A stretch of 63,855 bases of DNA, the filler included, from Rhabdomonas costata (Eukaryota): NCBI GenBank assembly GCA_019059605.1. It is 38 parts of 38 records of this genome, joined end to end, with 100 filler letters (N's around TTAATTAATTAA, not from the genome) between each part and the next. Parts side by side here need not be neighbours in the genome. Positions count along the whole stretch, not along the records: positions 1 to 1,583 come from JAHMHO010012595.1; positions 1,684 to 3,267 come from JAHMHO010012596.1; positions 3,368 to 4,951 come from JAHMHO010012597.1; positions 5,052 to 6,635 come from JAHMHO010012598.1; positions 6,736 to 8,318 come from JAHMHO010012599.1; positions 8,419 to 10,002 come from JAHMHO010012600.1; positions 10,103 to 11,686 come from JAHMHO010012601.1; 31 more parts are not named here. One strand, written 5' to 3'. Under the pieces are notes generated by a model that made no database searches, had not been told where the DNA came from, and worked only from the letters and a program-made list of their open reading frames with translations. Positions 1 to 11,786 of the stretch are shown piece by piece (position 1 is the first letter of the stretch; every line of letters starts with the position of its first letter). A program made the translations under genes and the position numbers.

Positions 1-159
1 GGTGTTGGGGAAGTACAAAGTACAATATAATAACAACGAAGAGATAGTGTAGAGATTTTCGAGTTTGATAGCGCAAGAGCATAGGAATTAAGCAAAGAAT
101 AGCAGTGGGGATTCGAGGTGTGCTGCGTAAATAACAAAAAATAGTAACCTTAATGAAAA

Positions 160-1583
160 GAACTAGAAGAACTTGCGCTCTAAAGCGTGACTGAAAAACT
201 CATGGCAAAAAAACAATCGGTAGAATTCGGTAGAATTTATCGGTGGAATTTTTGATAAAAACAAGGCCTGACAGGTGCGCACATGGCTTGTAGGAGTATC
301 CAAAGCGCATCTACATAGTGGATGGCAGGGATAAAACATGGCAATTGCAAAGATAAACTGAGACTTCATGGCAGGATGCTGCATTCACGTAAATGTGTAT
401 TAGTAAGGCAAAATGAAAGCAGTGGAAGTTATATTGCATTGTGCTGGCACTGAACTCGGATTTTTTCAAAACAGGATTCATTTTGGTAGGGAGCAAGAAG
501 TACATAATTTGTTCTTGATTTGGGCTTTGTGGTAATGGGGTCGTGTCTCCAAAGCCGCATCACCTTGGCTAAGCTCTGGATTTCTCCTACGCCACAGCCT
601 TTCCACATTCTCGTATCTCTCCACATTTCTTTTGTGCTTACCTTGGATTGTTACTGGCCACGGGTAGAAAGGCCTCGCCCCGAGCAAGCCCGGGGGGCGT
701 GCAATAGTAGCGCTGCCCCCGCCCTCTTGGATGGTACGCGGCAAACGGCGGGGAAGGGGCGCATGCGCGCAAGCAAATGGAAGGGGGAACGGGCCCATTG
801 ATGTGGTATTTTAGGGCATTTTACAAAGCGAGGGAAAGGAACAGTAAGAACAATGACCTTTTATGTTTGCGGGTGGGTAATAGTGCGTTTTAAACAAAAA
901 GCGCGATGTAAAACCGAAAGAATGGCGCGGGGGCAAATGTACGGTAACTGTTAACACTAACATTGCAATTCCGCCAAAAGGGATGCTATGCGTTCAACCC
1001 GTCGGTGTTCAACGCGGGCCAGGCATAGGTTAACTACGCCCGCAACGTCCGAAAAGTGCGCCGAGGGGCCCTTGAAAGGGCCATCTCGCGGCGTTCAGGT
1101 GGAGTGCGCGGCGGGGAAGCGGCCAACCAATACATCGCAGGAGGACCACCATCCAGCCAAATATGGTATGCTATGGTGCAATGGTTCGGTCCGGTCCGTC
1201 CGGTCGGGGCCGGGGGTGACCATGGTGGATGTCACCCGGCGCATAAGGCGGGCCGAAGAGGGTGGTCCTACCCTCCATTTCCCATAAGGCCCCCGACGAT
1301 TGGTGAGGTTCCGGAGGAACAATAAGAGAAAGAACAGTAGGCCACTGGCTCTTTATTCCACAGAGTAGTGCGTTGATGACACGCCCTCATATCGACCAAT
1401 CCCGTCCGAAAAAATGGACATTTCCCATTCTTCTCAGAGGTGGTGGTAACCAATGTGATAATCCCTCAACGTCATGCCAAAAAAAGCAGAGCCTCAGCTC
1501 TTGGTCTCGACATAATCCCCGCACCATATAACCAGCAGCCTGGCGCGTAACCGTCTGCGAATCGACACGAGCGATAACCACAA
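160..1583 (-). mobile_element. Possible decayed non-LTR retrotransposon 3' part (RNase H-like and Cys/His finger remnants)
   Basis: Minus frames contain RVDSQTVTRQAAG (resembles RNase H DSxxVxxQxxG) and PLCRCALDTPTSHVRTC (CxC..H..C). Many stops and no exon structure. Confidence 0.35.
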
Positions 1584-1683
1584 NNNNNNNNNNNNNNNNN
1601 NNNNNNNNNNNNNNNNNNNNNNNNNNNTTAATTAATTAANNNNNNNNNNNNNNNNNNNNNNNNNNNNNNNNNNNNNNNNNNNN
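1584..1683. other. Artificial contig-joining linker (first of 37, recurring about every 1683 nt)
   Basis: N44-TTAATTAATTAA-N44, identical each time. The 12-mer gives stops in all six frames, and the flanking sequences are unrelated. Confidence 0.99.
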
Positions 1684-1780
1684 TGTGTTGGGTTGTTTTG
1701 GGCTTGCCTTCTTTCTTTTTCCCGTTATTTTCGTAACTTTGCGTGTGTGACTGTGCGCATGTTCTCCCTCGCCTTGTAAG

Positions 1781-2109
1781 ATGGCGACTCGATCGGCTGT
1801 GCCTAGTTTTGGTGAGGCTGCACTGTTGAGGGCGCAAAGCCCACTCCCAGGGAGCTATCATGAGATTGAAATTGTTGGCGACGATCTGGGCTTTGACCAC
1901 GACAGTTTCCGGATAAAAGAAGCGCTTGACCTGAGGGAGAAGTACAAGCAAATCTCGGTTGCTTTTTGCTGTTTTTTGTTAGTTGAATTTGCTCCTGAAG
2001 AAGTGCCCTGGGTCTGCTATTTCCCACCCGTCGAACAGTTAATGCGGGCTTGCGTTTTCTGCACAGGGGGCTGGTGGGGAAGGTGATCGGGACAACGGCA
2101 GAGCAGGAG
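1781..2109 (+). CDS. AMPD: AMP deaminase, N-terminal exon(s)
   Basis: Exon 1781-1957 encodes YHEIEIVGDD...IKEALDLREKYKQIS, resembling the AMPD segment FQRVTISGEE...ALFIREKY. GT donor at 1958. Possible exon 2067-2109. Confidence 0.7.
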
Positions 2110-3367
2110 GTGCCTCGGTACAAAGACCTAAGGGTCCCCAAAAGTCCCGAAAGCTTTTGGGAACACTGGTATCGTGATCCTCTTTGCGTTTTCCGAAATG
2201 TTTTTGGTTTTCGAGAGGCAAGACATTTGAGGCGAAGTTTGGTCTGCTGCGAGGAAAATGCGTAACATGTTCTTCTGTTTTTCTTTGTTCAAAAGAAAGG
2301 TCATAAGTATGGTAAGTTGGGTTGTTCCGTTTAAATTCCTACCTTGCTTTATACCCATGCCGGAAGAAATAAGTTCCGTGGTCAAGTCGACTCGCATCAT
2401 CAATTCAATGGTATACCACCGAAACTTGAATTTCGCGTTGATTCAGACGCATGTTGTTTTTTTGTGTCTTTATAAAGCTTCAGCACGTAAAGGCGGAACG
2501 GCCCAATATTTTTTTAGTCTTGGGAAGCGGGGCTTCTGTAAAAACTTCAATGTCCAAACGATTTGATAGACGTTGATCTGCTTATGAGTAGAAATTTAGC
2601 TGTTTTTTTTGTGGAATAACGGAACACAACGAACACTTTTGATCCGAATTTGTTTCCCTTCTACCCTAAGGAGTTCGCTCCTGATGTCGTCGGGTTGAGA
2701 ACGTTGTCTTTTGATTCAATTCAAAAGTGCAACACAGTGTATTTTTATAGATGCCGAAGTTTGTTGGTTGTGCACAGTAACTACAGCGGTGGAAGAGGAC
2801 CTGTGAGGGCTCTTTTCTTCTCTGGGCTGGAGAGAGTTGGCTTATCAGAAATTCAGTGTTCTGAAAATGAATCCGGCACCGTTATCCAAAACAAATTGAT
2901 CCGTGATTTCTGCGTGTACAGGACGACAGTGTCCGTCTGTTTACAGCAAGCTATTCCGTCTGCCCACGTCAAGTGTCCCAAGTGTCCTGTGGGGCGTCTT
3001 GTCTCCTGTGTTCAACAGTGTGATGCTTATCCCCACCGTTTCAAAAGGTTGCGGACTCCAAGCCGCTCAGCATTTCACGCTCCACGTCTTCTGACAGCTT
3101 TGGTATGGACTTTCGTGTAAGTGTTGAAAAAGTGTTGAATCCGTCTTTTATGGTGGTGCCAGCACTTACATAAAAGGGTCAAAAAGCGCATTATAAAGCA
3201 TATCATTCAAAGGCGTAAGTATCCACATGGCCCCCCCTCAGGAGTTTCCACATGGACCCCCCCACACNNNNNNNNNNNNNNNNNNNNNNNNNNNNNNNNN
3301 NNNNNNNNNNNTTAATTAATTAANNNNNNNNNNNNNNNNNNNNNNNNNNNNNNNNNNNNNNNNNNNN

Positions 3368-4246
3368 TGTGGTTGGGTCCGTGTTGGCCAGGAACGCGGG
3401 GCTACGCTGACCCCCTTATCTGCGGATTGGGTTTTCCGGCACCTTTTGCACCTGTCTGTGGGGCTCATTCCCCGCTCACTGCTGTCGTTTATTCCCGCGG
3501 ACTTGGACTGGCTGACCCCCAATCTTCGTCGGGACTTCCATCTTGGTCTGGTGTCCGGCCTTGCAGAGGTTATGCGGCGGCGGGAGCTGCTAGTGATGGA
3601 AGCCAACCGAACCCTATCACCTGGAGCATCTTCATCCTGCCCTGTGCCCTCGCCTTCCCGGTCCTTTGTAGTCGACGCCTCCCGGCAGCTCACTGTGGAT
3701 GATCTTCGTCAAGCGGAGCGCGCTGCTCCTGATCCTCGGGTGACTCCGACCACGGTTGCACGTCGCACTTACAAGGCCGCTTTTGGGGCAACCCGTGACG
3801 CTGTTCATCTGCACCTGTGGCTGAAGCGGCACCTCCACCTACATGAGGCCCCAGTGGAACGCGGGGAATCCTCCGTCGCCCTCCTGCTGCTGTGGTAGGC
3901 CGATCACGGCAGCTTTTTTCTCTCGCGGGTGGTGGACCTCAAGCAGCGGCTCTCTTCCTTCACGAAGAACCTGCTGGACGCGGTGGCGGCCGACTCAGAG
4001 CTCTTTCAGTGGCCAGTGGGTGATGTCGAGGGTGATAAAGGCGCAGCTCTCCCCTGTGTGCCCTGCAACAAGCTCCGCAGGTGGTCGCTCCGAATCGACA
4101 CCGCGGCAGGGGAGCCCTTCCTGTCCTCCTGGAAGAACCACCTCCTCTCCTCGTGCAGCGTTCTCGCGCAGTCGCAGTGGCTGCGGGCCCAGGACCCTTG
4201 CCCAAGCGACCCCGACGCTCACCTCTTCCCTTCTTCCCTAACTTAG
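3368..4246 (+). pseudogene. Long intronless reading frame broken by one TAG (3896-3898); probably the C-terminus of a retroelement ORF
   Basis: ORFs 3446-3898 and 3929-4246 share a frame that is open from the contig start. Lack of introns is unlike host genes here. GLIP...LAEVMRRRE is reminiscent of LINE ORF2 tails. Confidence 0.45.
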
Positions 4247-4830
4247 ATTTTGCGTGTCTGCGTTTGCAGCCTTCAATGCGCAAGGACAGTTGATAGTTGC
4301 TGTTCGTGCACCACTTTTTCCTTTGATAAGTCAAGCGTCAAGGTCAAGGTCCATCGTATGTTTGTGCGATGAAAAGACGGAAAGGAAACTTACGCACACG
4401 CTCACCAGACAACAGGCTAGGACGCTCCACCTGCCTTTCAGTGATAAAAGCGTGGAAAACGTCAATGCAGCGAAACGATAAGAGGGAAGGGGCATCTCCG
4501 CTCAGTTTGTGTTTCTTTTCAACACCACCCCTTTTCGCATTGAAGTCCGAAATGCTTTTTTTGGTGGCCAGTTGTCAAGCGGAGCGTACAATATTTATCT
4601 GGAAGAATGGGCTTTCCCCCCAAAACTTTCACAGACGTGCTTCATTTTGTTTTTTTGTCGGCTTTATCCATTCTTTCTCTTTTTTCCACTCGTGCGACTT
4701 TTCTTTATGCTTTTTTCTCATCTTGCTGGCCACTTCATCCTCTCCTCTCTGATGCCAACCTTTCGACCCTCGTAAATTCTCTGTGAACTGTTGTGCGGTG
4801 GGTGAGGAGAGAGAGAATGTATCACTGGCA

Positions 4831-4939
4831 GCTCCTTCGAGCCGCGGTGCTGGGGATCAAGGTCCCCTACCACCAGATCCGCATCCTGGGTGAGGATGGC
4901 GGGCGGGACTGGGGTTTGGCCTGCCAGAAGATTCATAAG
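4831..4939 (+). CDS. Isolated exon of unknown protein
   Basis: cag|...AAG|gtaccg boundaries and GC3-rich codons; encodes LLRAAVLGIKVPYHQIRILGEDGGRDWGLACQKIHK. Confidence 0.5.
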
Positions 4940-5051
4940 GTACCGCCTAACNNNNNNNNNNNNNNNNNNNNNNNNNNNNNNNNNNNNNNNNNNNNTTAAT
5001 TAATTAANNNNNNNNNNNNNNNNNNNNNNNNNNNNNNNNNNNNNNNNNNNN

Positions 5052-6485
5052 GTTGTGTGGGCGTCCAGCACCTCAGCCTCCGCCAGCAGGTCGGTGACCA
5101 GCAGAAGGCAGCTTGCCAGGACGTTCTCATCCTAATTGGGGAGCCCCAGGCCGCACTGGCGGAAGTTGTTGTTCCTTTTGCCTCAGCAACAGTGCCGCTG
5201 TGACAGTTGAGGGTCAAGCCGAAGACGGCTTGGGAACTTTTGTGTTTGCGGCAGGTCTCCTTGGTGGTTCTTTCGAACTCCTATTGAGCCACTTCTTGCC
5301 CCAGGGAGATGGTTTACGGCTGCACCCACACCGTATTTACAAAAAAACCATCAATGCCGAACGGGGCCAAGCAAATGGTCGAGGTCTGAAACTCACATGT
5401 ACTGAAGACCACAATTCCTGCACTGTGCTTCTCGAATGCCGTGATCCTGGACAATGAAAAAGAAAGCCACTTTGAAGCAGTTAGACACAACTCTATCATT
5501 TCTTGCGTATGGTACAGTAATATCCGCAGGGAGCTTCCTCGTATCCTAAGAAAGACAAGCACGTAAAAAAAAAAGCAAAGCTGTTTCGAATAGAACACCT
5601 CTCGCTGCCCTTATTTCAAAAGACACCTCTGCCGCTTCAAGAACATCCAACACCCTCGCCGGTCTGTTCTCAAGGAGGTGCGTCCGGAACAGCGGCGACC
5701 GGATCACCATCTCCGCCAAGGTCATCACCGCCAGCTCTGCCGAGAGCGGCGAGTGAGCCTCCAGAGCGACCCGCAGCAGAAGCTCCAGCGCTCCGTACCG
5801 CACCCACACTGGGCTCCAGAGAGCGATGCGGCCACGCTCCAACACGCTGAAGGACCAGAGATGCCGCAGCTGCGACTCCAGCTCGTCGTCAAAAGCGCCC
5901 CAGCGGACCTTCACGAGGGTGTCCAGGAGTAGCTAATCAGCCAGACACATCCCCATAAAAATGCAGAACCCGAAGAGATTGTGCCAATGATAAAAAAAAA
6001 GAGAGAAGGGCGCGAAAAGATGCGGAAGGATGGTGGCTCTTTGCTCTTTTTCGCTTCCTTCCTCTACTTGCCTGCCCCATGGTTTCAGACAGCACAGCCC
6101 GCTGCTGTGTACCGTCAATACTGGTGGGCACCCCGCCTGTGCGGGCATGCCGGTTTTTTGTGGGTTCCCCTATTTCCGACCGATTCCTACAGTCATAAAA
6201 CGTAACCAATTCCAATGACCTTCTCCGTCCCCGCGTTAACAAGTCATTGATGTGGAGCATCTGCAGTCCATCTGAACAAGGCTCACTCATCAACCAGCAG
6301 AAAGAAACAAAAACAGAAGAAAGGGAAAAAAAAAGAGTAGACCGGGATATGAGGAGAGCTACCTGCCGAATCGCATACACCCCGCATGGACTGAGATCGT
6401 CCGTGGACTTGAACGTCCCGACCAGCCCAGCACGGCCAAGCACAGCCAGGGCCTCCAGCCCAAGCTCACGAGCTGCACATGTCGC
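5052..6485 (-). CDS. Three internal exons of a Leu-rich helical (ARM/HEAT-like) protein
   Basis: Exons 6485-6363, 5932-5627 and 5131-5052 all have AG/GT ends and join in phase 0. Confidence 0.65.
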
Positions 6486-7046
6486 CTTCAAAGCGGAGAA
6501 GAGGGCATGAACATATGAACCCCCAAGCATTAAAGGACGTGGCGATAATACATATGTGCAAGATTTAGGAGAGCAGAAAACAAGATGGAGGATTGCGAAA
6601 GACGTGCGCGGTTGCCGGGTTCAAGAGACCACCCANNNNNNNNNNNNNNNNNNNNNNNNNNNNNNNNNNNNNNNNNNNNTTAATTAATTAANNNNNNNNN
6701 NNNNNNNNNNNNNNNNNNNNNNNNNNNNNNNNNNNTGTTTTGTGTGGCCACTCTGAACCACCTGCGGTGTTGTAATCCGGCTCGTGTTTGTGTCGCAATG
6801 GGATAAGGTTGTGTGAGTAGAGGGGTGTGTGCGTGTAAAGCGGTAGCATTAAAATGCATGGCTGTGTGTGCCTTGTGCGGGTTGACGCACGGTGAGCTGG
6901 TAGTGATTATTTGTGAAATGTCATCCATTGGTGCAGTGGCGTTTGACCGAGCTAACGCCGACTCACTCACCCCTTACAGACCTTTTTACATCTCGGAAGC
7001 CCCTTTTAGCTCTTCGCCGCCGTCTTGGCTTTCGCGCGGCCTGTAG

Positions 7047-7184
7047 GCTGCGGAGAGGATCGTCACCATCCCCGTGGAGGTTCCCGTGCCCACGGAGGTG
7101 GAGAAGCTTGTCACCGTTACCGTTCCGCTGGTAAAGGAGGTCACCGTGCCAACCACAGTGACGGTGGAGGTTCCCACGGAAACG
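7047..7184 (+). CDS. Articulin/epiplasmin-like VPV-repeat cytoskeletal protein exon
   Basis: tag|...|gtcggg, 138 nt, phase 0-0; encodes AAERIVTIPVEVPVPTEVEKLVTVTVPLVKEVTVPTTVTVEVPTET. Confidence 0.75.
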
Positions 7185-7426
7185 GTCGGGATTTCCTCAG
7201 TTCTCCCCACGCATATCCGATTCGATCTTGTTTTCTTAATACTATAACGGCTGCGCTCATAGTGTTCAGTGTACGCAAGAAATGCAATGCAATATTTTTT
7301 TTACAACAAAATGACACAAAGTGACACGTCAGGCCACTAAGTTACAGGGGTAGAGGCATGAGAAGAGGGCGTGTGAAGGGGAGGTTCGACAGGGAAAGTT
7401 GAGAAAAAGAACCTGAACTTGTTTTC

Positions 7427-7729
7427 TTACTGGTCAAGAGTTGTAGCATAGTTTATTGCCCATTGCATAGCTGCGTGAATGAGAGAGTTAGCCAAACGAG
7501 AAGCTCTCTTGCAAGTTTGCAATGATACGTGGTCACCAGGACCAGGGCACCCCACAGTGCACCCGTCCTCAACATCGGTGCATTTTCGATCTTCCCCTTG
7601 AATGTGCAGATGAGGATTTGTTTTGTGCAAAGCCTCCAAAAAAACGAACTCAGCGACACGAAATACTTCGGGCACCCACGACCTGAGCATTCCTGGATAA
7701 ATTGGGAAGAACTGGGACGGCGAAAGCAT
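7427..7729 (-). mobile_element. Decayed RNase H-like retroelement fragment
   Basis: AEFVFLEAL...LHIQGED...VSLQTCKRASRLANSL parallels the RNase H AE..AL / I.GD / R..N..AD.LA motifs, with catalytic residues eroded. Confidence 0.4.
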
Positions 7730-8774
7730 ATCCTCTATACCGTGTGCACCGTTAGCAGTGTGATAGCCAGTGATAGCAGTAGTGACAGCCTGTAATTGGA
7801 AGTGTACTGTGGAGGCCTGTGATTGTGTTTTCTTGGGATTGAAGTCTCTTGAAAGCGCAGCTCAAAGGCCAGGGCTCGTAGGACGTGTATGACCATTGCC
7901 CACACCCACAGATCACGGTAAGACGTGCGGGAAGGATACAAGGCGCGGATACGGGCGCATTTTACCACAAAACCACTAAATCATTTGGGGGGTATTTCAA
8001 GGCAGTTGGGTGGCATAAATTTCAGGAATAACTGAGCACTCCGGTGGGGATAGTTTCGTGATGAAGTGCAACGCAGCGCGCGGTGGCCCTTTTTTCCCCA
8101 CAGTCTGGCTATGAGATCCAATTGGTTTCTTTCCTGTCAGGGCATGAAAATCTGCCGCTTTACCCCCACAACACAACTTGTCCAGTATAATTACACTTGT
8201 ACTAACGCCTCAAGGCCAGCCCCCCGTCACCTGCTGGTTTTTCATGCGCATTTCCTGTGACTGTTCGAAAGGTTTGTGTTGTGTGAAAACAAAAGAAATT
8301 GACAAAACTCGATTTAAANNNNNNNNNNNNNNNNNNNNNNNNNNNNNNNNNNNNNNNNNNNNTTAATTAATTAANNNNNNNNNNNNNNNNNNNNNNNNNN
8401 NNNNNNNNNNNNNNNNNNGGGTTTTTGGGCAGCAAATTGTAGACCTCTTTAGGTTATACTGCTTCTTTTCTTCACTTTTGGTAATTTCTTCCCACCTACA
8501 ACCCCAAAAGTGTTCGCGCGTATTTGTGTGTGTGTATGCATGCGTGAGCCGCCACAATGTATGTCCTGGGATCAGCGCACCCTCTCCTTTTTTGCGCGAG
8601 CCCGGGGGTGTTGTTGTTCCAGGTCTGTCACAAATCTGGAACACCACCGCGCGCGTGAGCGGTGTGCGGAACCCAACGCCGCATTCTCGCGGCTCTTCAC
8701 GTGCCTCGAGTTTCCCGACGCACACACATGCAGCGTGCATGTTATCAACCACACCGCATATGCATGCTCGCCCC

Positions 8775-8848
8775 AATTTGTGCCTTCCTCGCCATACCCC
8801 AGACATCAATCTCATATGTGTGTTTGCCACACCCCAGACACCAGTCTT
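8775..8848 (-). repeat. Dispersed repeat family A (two tandem partial copies)
   Basis: Minus-strand atatgagattgatgtctggggtatggcgaggaaggc aligns with 19582-19617 atatgagactgatgtctgagatttggcaaggaaggc. Confidence 0.7.
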
Positions 8849-9267
8849 GTGTGAGGACATTTTTTAGTTGTTGTTCTTTCCCCGCGGAAAGGACCAGGGC
8901 AGAGTGTGTACCCAGCGTTTTTGTTGTCTGCAGAGCCAGATTTACCGCTCACTTGCTGTGAGATGTCCCTGACGATGACCGTTTTTGGCACCGGTTTTTG
9001 GCACCTGTGCTGAATTGATGTGCGTCTGCCGGCTGTTATTGTTTGTGTGTTCGCTGGCAGCCACAATATTCACTTCTTTATGACACGCCATTCTGGGGTG
9101 TAAGAGCTGCAGGGAGGCTACACCCAATAAAGGAAAGGTAACATACTAGCCACCACCAAATTACTTTACCCCTGAGCAATGGGAGAGAAGGTATGGTGGA
9201 ATTTCTGAAGAGCAACAGCCGCTGAGTTAGGAGAGCCGAAAGCAGGGGGTTGAGTTGAGGGGCGTGC

Positions 9268-9449
9268 GTGTGCGAACCGAACTCCGCGGGAAGGCCAAAG
9301 TCGTCGAAGTGCTTCTGAATCTCTCGGGTTGTCAGAGGGCGAAGATCGAGCCCCGCCGCCTCCGCCGCAATGACCTCGTCGGCCTGCTTCACAAGGTTGC
9401 TGTAGCCCATCTCTTCCAGCTTGGAGCGGCTAAGGTGGCGGTTCTCTCG
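9268..9449 (-). CDS. EF3: Elongation factor 3 (eEF3/New1-like ABC-F), exon in the second ABC domain region
   Basis: LEEMGYSNLVKQADEVIAAEAAGLDLRPLTTREIQKHFDDFGLPAEFGSHT matches the eEF3 segment RPLTRKEIEEH...GL..E...SH that precedes LSGGQ. cag acceptor at 9451-9450. Confidence 0.9.
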
Positions 9450-10570
9450 CTGTGCGAGACACAAGCAAGGGGTACCACCGAGCTCTGCCCCGCCATGGGG
9501 ACATACCGTAGGCACCATTGCCAAAGTGGCCAAAGAGGCGTGGGAGTGGGGTGTTCACCCCCTCTTCTTGCGCTAGCAGTGGCTGGAAGTGATTTTTTTT
9601 TTCGCTTTTGTTCCTCCGGGATCACTGCAACACAGCACCCGACTTGGCAAAGTGACAAAGTGCTCGCCACCACATTCGACTGAACATATTTGTATCCCTT
9701 TCTTGCAGGAAACTGTTTTCTTGAACTGTGACACTGATCACGATAGAAGCTGTTTTGTTTTGTTTTGCGCTTGTACGTGAAGAACCCTGGGACTTCACTG
9801 GAGCACGTCAGCACGCCGTTGTAATGCTTTTAAAATGAATCACAGAAACCCCACAAAAACAATAAAGTGCATAACGAAAAGCAAGATTATCGTGGTGTAC
9901 AGAAACGCGAGAACATCGAAGGTCACTTGCCCCCTCTTCTGTCAGCCCGCAGTTGTTCCTGGGGCTGCGCTGTCGATTTCTGATTTTCTGCAGCCTGTTG
10001 GGNNNNNNNNNNNNNNNNNNNNNNNNNNNNNNNNNNNNNNNNNNNNTTAATTAATTAANNNNNNNNNNNNNNNNNNNNNNNNNNNNNNNNNNNNNNNNNN
10101 NNTTTGTGGGGGGGGCAATTGCAATGGCTCACAATATCGTGAGGTATGCGCCGAGCTGGTTGGTTTCTGCAGATCAGTGTGAGACGTGTTCAAGGACCAA
10201 ATACTGGTTGACTGTCACCTAACTAACATAACTTATGGAACAGCGTAGGCAATACCTACCGCTGTAGCGAACTGCAACACAAACTTGAGGGATAAGGGGA
10301 AGGAAGGGGGAGGGGGCAATGCATTCACGCGTAGGTGTAGGTGTGCGTGGGTGTGTGTCTTGGGCGCATAGCGCGCCTGGTACCTTGTGTGTGTGTGTGC
10401 GTGTGCGTGCGTGTAAATATGACAGACTCAGTCCAGGGTTAAACAGCTGCCATAGGAACCAGCCAGACTCTGTGTGCGGGTTGTTGGGTTAAGAAGGTGC
10501 ATCAAAGAGCGAGTGGATGGGTGAGCACCGGAACTTGTCAGGGAGGGTCAGCAAGGGAGGGGGGGCATAC

Positions 10571-11527
10571 CCCCAAGCCCCAACATAGGGACACTGCTGG
10601 AACCACGGCTGCGCTCGAATCCACAGAATCGTGTCCTGGCCGTCCCACGCATCGTTCAGCATGGGATCAAAGGATCCTCCAGATCCCCCTCGCCCCCGAA
10701 CATCTTGCACAATGACGTGGTAGCCATATCCACAAAAGACCTGGGGCAAAACGGTGCCAAAACGGCCAGTGCACCGGGGCAGTAGGACGATAAAGAAAAA
10801 TGGCATCTCAATTTCGCCTCGCGTCCCCACCTTGGCCACCTCAAGCGAACAGGGGATTATTTCAATCGAAATTCAGAACAGGTTCACAACAGTCTGATCT
10901 GAAAACACCCGTGGTCCGCCCCCCCCCCCCCTTCTCCCCAAGGTGGGGAGGGTCCCCAAGGTGGGGAGGGACTTTCAGGAATATACGTCGTGGCTGAGGT
11001 CGAAATACCCTCCGCTGCGAGGGGGTAAAAAAACCGAAGAATCGGAACGAAAGATAAAGGTTCCCTTTTGGTCGGTCTACCCTAGTCTAAACTTTGGCGG
11101 CTTCTTTTGGGGGACTTCTGAGGGTGGTGTGAAACGGCCCCGAGCGAATAGGGTGGCGAGGTGCAATTAGAGATCTGCATCTTAGGTTTCCTTTTCCTTG
11201 TCCTCCAACTAAGGCACTCGGAAAGACGAGGAATCATCATGAGGAATCAGAACGAAGGGGGTAAGCGACAAGCACCTCGCCCAGGTGCTGCAGAAGCTCC
11301 TTATGGTACGGGGTACGGATCAGTATCGTGGGGAACCCCAGCTCCGCAGCATCCCGGCCCAAGCGGGTGTTCCCAGCTGAGGCCTTCAGGGTGGGCTCCA
11401 GCCACACCGCGGCCAGCAGCACACCGTCGCGCACAGGGATGCGGACCCCCTTGTGCTCGTGGACGTTGCAGATTGGGGGGTCCAGACGAGCAACTCTGGA
11501 GACCAGCTCCAACGCAAGCGTAGTCAT
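10571..11527 (-). CDS. CocE/NonD family (peptidase S15) alpha/beta hydrolase, N-terminal exons
   Basis: Exons about 11527-11276 (IPVRDGVLLAA...PTILIRTPY) and 10740-10571 (GYHVIVQDVRGRGGSGG...DGQDTILWIRAQPW...VGAWG), joined by a GT-AG phase 0 intron. Confidence 0.92.
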
Positions 11528-11786
11528 TGGTCCAGATCACAGAAACTTCACAGATATTTACACACAAAGAGGAATCAACTAATTGGACGTCGGTGTGTGT
11601 AAAGTCACTCTGCTGCACAGCCCCACAGCCAGGTCACGTGATTCACTGGTTATCATTTCACCAGAAAGGCGGAATCAACAAACACCNNNNNNNNNNNNNN
11701 NNNNNNNNNNNNNNNNNNNNNNNNNNNNNNTTAATTAATTAANNNNNNNNNNNNNNNNNNNNNNNNNNNNNNNNNNNNNNNNNNNN

